The notes below the pieces were generated by a model, which was not told the origin of the DNA, made no database searches, and saw only the letters and a program-made list of their open reading frames with translations. Of a DNA stretch of 64,000 nt, positions 58,500 to 64,000 are shown in pieces. How positions within the stretch are numbered: position 1 is the stretch's first letter; every line of letters begins with the position of its first letter. Source of the DNA: Raillietiella orientalis. Its lineage: Eukaryota. The position numbers were made by a program, and so were the translations under genes. The stretch is from assembly GCA_036172245.1 (NCBI GenBank), contig JAYWIR010000010.1:248001-312000 (forward strand). The letters are read 5' to 3'.

Positions 58500-61400
58500 A
58501 AGACGAATCTGAGAATCGTCGGAAGGAGACTGCGCGTGTACCCGCGGAGGCTGCAGTCGACACGCGGTCCCCCTCACCCCACGCGAGTTCGGAAAGTCAG
58601 TGCAAAGAGAAGGAAAGAGGGAGATGAGAGCAGAGGCAAAGACGGACCGACGAAGTCCAGACTAGCAGACCGGGTCGGACGCGTTCGTGATGGAGAATCC
58701 GGCAGCAGCAGGAATCCACAGTCGGGATGGAAATGCATGCCAACTCTCAGGTGCATGGCGGGAAAGAGCGAATTTCACGTTTTCGATGGCGTCAGTGTAT
58801 CCGTATAGAGAGAAAAAGGGGGAAAAGAAATCGCAGAATTGACGTCATCTACGTGGCCTTTATTTCTGGCGTGCCGTCACAGCAGTCTTCGCCTATTTCC
58901 CCTTCCGAATATCGATGCTCTGGAGAATCTAAGGGAAGGATGGAGCTCCCCTGTGCAGACAACTTTTATTTTTTTACTTCGGAATTTTCCTGGAGACTTC
59001 CCGAATCAAAGTGAAAGATGTCAATCGCGCTTGTATTAGCTTTTCCCTCCTAAGGTCCCAAGAACAGGAAAAGAAAGGAATGAGCATCGATGGAGATGTC
59101 AATTTCTTTTCCCCCTCTTCCTTTCCTTTTTCACGAGTAGCTGACGCTGTCAAGGCGCCGGGACCGCTGCTAGCCACACCGACCCGTTTCTTCGCCTGCC
59201 TTCTTCCTGGTATGCCGTCGGGAGGAAGGGTAGATTTCCGGCTTCGATGCTCGGCCGGCCGCCGCAGGCGAACGCGGGAGAGAACGACCGGGGATCCAAC
59301 GACCCCTTGCCTCCGTCTGCAAGTCCATGGAATAGCAATAGCCGCGCTGGGGAGTTCGGGAGAGCCAAGAGGAGGCGGTTCCTCAGAGGGAGTTTCTGGA
59401 ATTGGTTCGGAACAGAACACGCGGGAAGGAAGGGGGACTGGAAGTTTCCTCGCCCTCCAGGATCTCCTGCTCAGCTCTGATCCCTCCGTGGGGCCTCAAG
59501 GCCTATCCTTAGCCGGTTGTTTCACGCGGGTCCGCCGTCCCTCGCGCTCGACTCGTTTCGCATCCTCGCCCTCGCGTCCTGTCTGAATCCTGGGGGGACC
59601 CCCTAGTAAATAATGTATTTAAATATTTTTATGTTACATAATAATATTAAAATCATGCAAATTCATACTAAAACATATTTATATTAATTAATTAAATAAT
59701 GTTAAAAATTATAAAACACAAAAAAGAGGAGAGGGAAGGGGAAGGAGGAATGGGTGGAACTCCCCCGTTGCCGTCCCGTAGGAGTCTCTTCGGCGCTCCC
59801 TCCACTGCATCTCCTGATTTCCCGAACTTTGCACTTTCGGCTTTTCTCTCCCGTAATGCACCGCATCCTCCCCAAGCCTTCCGTTTTCCCTTTTGTGCAT
59901 CCCCATGTACCCAACCAGTCGAGCCAGATTTGGCGGTCGAACAGGTGCAGATCAGAGAACGATCCGAAGCCATCGTAGGAGACTCAGAGGAAGGCTGAGC
60001 CCGGCGCCGGCGGTGGCGCGGCAGAAACTGAAGGGATTCCCGCTCGCCGGAGGATGCTGAAGATTCTCACTTTCGGCAGGATGGAGGGAAATACTGCCCG
60101 ACCTACAATAAACACCACAAGAAAATTCCCTTTCAACGCTGACCTGAGACCTCGGGAGCTGCCGGCAGAGAGAGAACCGTCGCCGCTGCTCCCGGGCGTT
60201 TCACCTGCAGCAGGGGAAGGGAAGGGTAGCTGGGATGATCCAAGGGCCTGGAAGCGAGAGGACGCTTCCAAACTGCACCTACGAGAGGACGGGGGGCAAT
60301 CATGCTGCAGGCGCTCACGACAAACGGTCCGCGCTTCCGGACTGGCAGGTCGCTTCCAGAGGATTTGACAAACGAGGATCCTTACTTTCACTGAAGGACT
60401 CTAGTGCAGGATCAGATCTAGACCAAAGGTAGGAAGACGCCTCCATGAACCAGGGAAGGCTCATCGGCCTTAACTCTCCAGGCGACTTTCCAGAGAGAGA
60501 GAAAGAGAGTGGGAGGGGAGGGTCGAATGGGATGATCGGAATGCGTGCCAGTGTATCACGTGTCGATTCAAAATGTCCACTCAAGCTCTGTCTGTTCTTA
60601 GCCGGTCAAAGGTCCAGGCAAGCTGGAACAAACTGCGGACTTCCGTCCAGGTCACCGGGGCGATAGCGGCTTCCGTGCAGCACAAGAAAAACCAGTTGAA
60701 GCGTCAGGATTCTTTCCTCCAGCGTTTCTCCACGAGGCAGATTGTGGACGTTGAGGTAATCAGGATGGATGGGCGGATGGATGCTGCGCCGCAGTTTGCT
60801 TTCGGACGCGTTCCTCAGGAGTGATGCCTCGCCAGCGGCTACGGTTCGCGCGGTTCATCCGTCCCCTCTAGGATTAACGAGGTCTGTCCTCGGAGAACCA
60901 GGGGCACTGGGTTGCCTCCCCTACGAGTTGCCTCGCGTCTTCAACCGGTCGGAAGATCCAGGAGATTTCGCAGACTGGAATCCGCGGCTTCGAGGCGCCA
61001 ACCTTCACGCGCGCTTTCGGGACTGATGGATCCCACCTTCCCCAAGGCGATCTTCTCGCTTGGATTCGTCCGTCCCCGGGGAAGGCGAGCAGCGGAGTCC
61101 ATCCAACCTACGCCGTGCGAGGCACACGGCTGCCTCTATTCCCATGTCTTCTTCGTGGCCCGCATCTGTAGCTACTTCCCGTGATAGCTACCTGACGCGG
61201 ACGCGAGCGCGTCTTACCGATGGTGCAAGTCCGAGCCATCCAAGCACCATGCGAGGAGGCGTGAAGTTCGCGGCGCTTGCAGATCGGCGCGCCTTCCACG
61301 GGTAGCCGACACTCAGCTGGCCGCGCCCGCGATGCTCAGCGCCCCACGCGGGCGCCGTGGCCGCATGACCGTCAGAGCTGGAAGTCCTGTGGTCTTCGTG

Positions 61401-61900
61401 TTTTTGCGGAACGCGGAGGGGACTCTTTCGGCACACGCACACGCACACACGTTCTTCCTGCCGCCTGCGGCTGCGTGGAAGCTGAGGCCTGCCAGCTCGC
61501 GTTTCCGTTCGATCAGCATCCAGTGATCCGCGATTCGATTCCAGCTTCTGATTCTGTACTCGAAATCATTTTTATTTCTCTTCTGTCTTTCGCACCGTGT
61601 CGCGACGCTCTCACCACGACTTCAGGCTTCTTGACGGCTTTCTTGACGGAACAGTGCGCTGCTCTTCCAGCTCTTCCCCAAGACGACGTGGGAACCTTAA
61701 CACGTTTCCGTGCGCCCAGCGGCACTGCCGAACCGGCTGAAGGATTTGGTTCTGCACAAATGTGACCCACCCCCAAAGGCGACTCTCGAGACTCCCATCC
61801 GAAATTTCCACGTACGGAGTCATAAGAAGGGGGCATCAGGAAAAGTCAAACCCCGGGGGCGCCTCGGCGAAATCAAGCAGCACCATAACCGGTTGCTGCT
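58500..61900 (+). pseudogene. Endogenous viral element, Mononegavirales-like L (CR I-V), decayed, interrupted by a repeat at ~59400-59900; may continue toward window end
   Basis: PHPT (~58572), MELPCADNF (cf. HELPLIKCF), VKAPGPLLATPTRFFACL (~59150-59203), LTFGR (~60066, motif A), WKREDASKLHLREDGG (60249; motif B spacing), GFDK (60361, motif C position), QALSVLSR, PGALGCLP..RVFNRSEDP (~60898-60960), LMDPT (61024), RGGDSFGTRT, IRDSI..DSVL, GTLTRF (~61690). Confidence 0.7.
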
Positions 61901-62760
61901 CCAGTGGGAGACCCCATGACAAGCAAGGGAGGCTGGAGGAATGGAAACAGTCCTTTGGAATCGCTCCTACGCGGCGGCGTGAAATAGTCCAGCTTCAAGA
62001 CGGAACCTGCGTGACGACTGCCCCCATCCACGGGGTCTGTCTGACCGGGGAAAATGGGAGAGGAGCAGCACGAATCGCAAATCTCCCGGGAAAGAGTCTT
62101 TCCTTCTGAAATGCTCGTTGCCTACCGCTGCCATCGCATCTTGGAGGCGCATCCTGCTCGAATGAAGTTGAGGAAGGGAGTTGTTCAACGATGACGCGTC
62201 CTCCCTGCGGGCACAGTCCGACCCCTCCAGCTTTCCCCTCGTAGAGGAACGCTTCCCGCGTATCGGGGAAGCGGAAAGAGTTCCTACTATAGACTCGCGA
62301 ACTGCGGCGAGACGTAGGTCGCACGAACTCCCCACGTGCATGATGAACCACGCCACAGAGTCAAGTCAAGGGTGGCGGGAACAACCATTCTTTGCCAAGA
62401 AACTCCTTGCGAACCAGCCGCAATTTCATCCGGTTCCTTGTCTTCTGTGGTAAGAGGAGGAAGGAAGGGCCAGGGTCTGTTGGAGGGCGATCCTCAGCCG
62501 GTTGGTTCACGCGGGTTCGCCATCCCTCGCGCTCGACTCGTTTCGTATCCTCGGCCTCGCGTCCATCAAGCGCCTGCCGAATTCTGGAGGGAAAGTGGAG
62601 AGTAAAGGGTGGAGGAAGGGGTAACTCGCCTCGTCGCCGCGTCCCTGAAGGAGGTTCTCCTCTGCCCGAACTTTGCTCTTTCTGCTTTTCTCATCTGCCT
62701 CGTCGGTCCTCCGCCGCTCTTCTCTCCCGTAATGGACCGCAACCTCTCGCATTTCCATCC
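59430..62760 (+). repeat. Two diverged copies of an unclassified ~300-bp interspersed repeat (~59430-59880 and ~62460-62760)
   Basis: Shared core agccggttg.ttcacgcgggt.cgcc.tccctcgcgctcgactcgtttcg.atcctcg.cctcgcgtcc (59510-59579 and 62496-62564), followed by a purine tract, cccgaactttgc and ttctctcccgtaatg in both copies. Confidence 0.85.
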
Positions 62761-64000
62761 CCGACCTCCTCATTCCGCTGCCGTCTTCCTGCTCCCCCCT
62801 CCCTTCTCAACCTTCGTGAGGATTCCAGGCAACCTTGAGCTCTGGGTTCTGTTTGCGCGAACGGTTCGGGTTTTCTGGTTCAGACTGCCATGCCGAACTC
62901 TTGGGTCACCTCATTGCTTGGCAACCCGGGTGGTGCGACTCCACAGATGCGTCCCTCGAGCGCGCATCCCCCTTGTCCGCTTTCCTTCCTGCTCCCCTTC
63001 GGGCCGATCCGATCTCGGAAAGGCAGGATGATGATGGTGCATGAGTTTGCTGAAAGCCACCGTTCCTACGAGGCGATTTTCTCACCCACCTTCAGCTCTT
63101 TCGGAAGGAAACGCTGCAAGGAGACACGGAAATGGGGCGTGGCCGCAGCTCAGGAAATGCCTGTTTGCCCTCAACATTACGGCGAGAATCCGAGCTTCTC
63201 CCTCTGACCTATAGCGCAAGCAGAGACCCTGCCTGACATGGACAGACGAAAGTCCGCTCCTTTGCGAAGGCGCGGGGCATTGCTGGAGAGGTGAGGTCAG
63301 CTGGCACGTCAGCGTCTTCCTCCTGAAGCCTGTTTAGCTCGGGAGACACTCCAGCAGATGCGACCGGAGCGTGTCGCATCGCTAGAGGGACCCCCTCGCT
63401 ACGTGCTTCGAGCCTCCGACCTTCCCGCGTTTTCGAGGAGACGGAGGCAGCGCTTCAGAGGGAAGCCGGAGGGAATTTGCGGGGACGGACGTCCTCTGAG
63501 TGTTCTCTGGGGAGGGCAGAATCGCTTGCGAGAGAGAGAGAGTCAAAGGGATGAAAAGTTCGCGCGAGTTCGAGGGACGAGGCAAGATCGGCGCTCTCAT
63601 CGCGGGGCGACTGGATTTCCGGAGGAAGAATCAATCTGCTTGGTGTGGGAACTAGGGAAAGTACTCCCGTCCTCTCCCAGAGGGGCGGAAGACCTTCCCC
63701 AAGATGTCGGCGAGACGGCGGGCTCGAAGGAGTTTTGCTAAGCAGGGTTTTTCCTGGGAGCTGTGGGGAGATCGCGATCTGCGGAAGAGGAAAAAGCGGG
63801 TGGAAAACGACCTTCGAGGTTCGGTCCGGGTTCCAGTGTGGATATTCAAAAAGAGGGCGTGGGTGGCAGTCGGGCCTCATCTGCTTGGTAGGAGGTGGTG
63901 TCAAGTCAGGAGAGGAGTTTCCCAGGAGGATCCTGTGCCTGGTGCCACTGAGCTCCCAGTAAGAGTTCTCTGCCTCCACCGCAGCTTCCTCTCGACCCGT

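Noticed and set aside
60315..60770. Minus-strand L-like words (HFESTR, SNPLE)
   Set aside because: The plus strand carries a longer, correctly spaced motif series. This illustrates the chance-match risk of single motifs.
63450..63820. GICGDG / AICGRGKSG as an MTase motif continuing the last L EVE
   Set aside because: Ambiguous, with no confirmable D-K-E series before the window ends.
1..64000. CRISPR arrays, rRNA, complete tRNAs, prokaryotic operons
   Set aside because: No regularly spaced repeats or structural RNA genes seen; spliceosomal introns show the sequence is eukaryotic.

Overview
This is a eukaryotic (invertebrate-animal-like) genomic window. It holds two intact host genes with very short introns (40-50 nt): DNAJC12 (minus strand, 7259-7844) and CCDC6 (plus strand, ~16624-18010). 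Both sit in AT-rich, CpG-poor islands. Most of the rest is GC/CpG-richer decayed foreign DNA. Reading across frameshifts and stops, I find about a dozen separate, heavily eroded segments of negative-strand RNA virus L (RdRp/capping/methyltransferase) genes, on both strands. Their spans add to roughly 25-29 kb, about 40-45% of the window. Most look Mononegavirales-like (rhabdo/xinmo-type motifs). One looks Chuviridae-like and is split almost seamlessly around the DNAJC12 gene. Interleaved with them are a decayed R2-superfamily (Utopia/NeSL-like) retrotransposon, four copies of an L1/Tx1-like family, another APE-type LINE, a Ty3/Gypsy remnant and a mariner remnant. The viral calls rest on manual matching of motif order and spacing against remembered VSV, rabies and chuvirus L sequences. 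They need HMM/tBLASTn confirmation, and all boundaries of decayed elements are approximate. Most long ORFs in the supplied track are artefacts of GC-rich decayed sequence.
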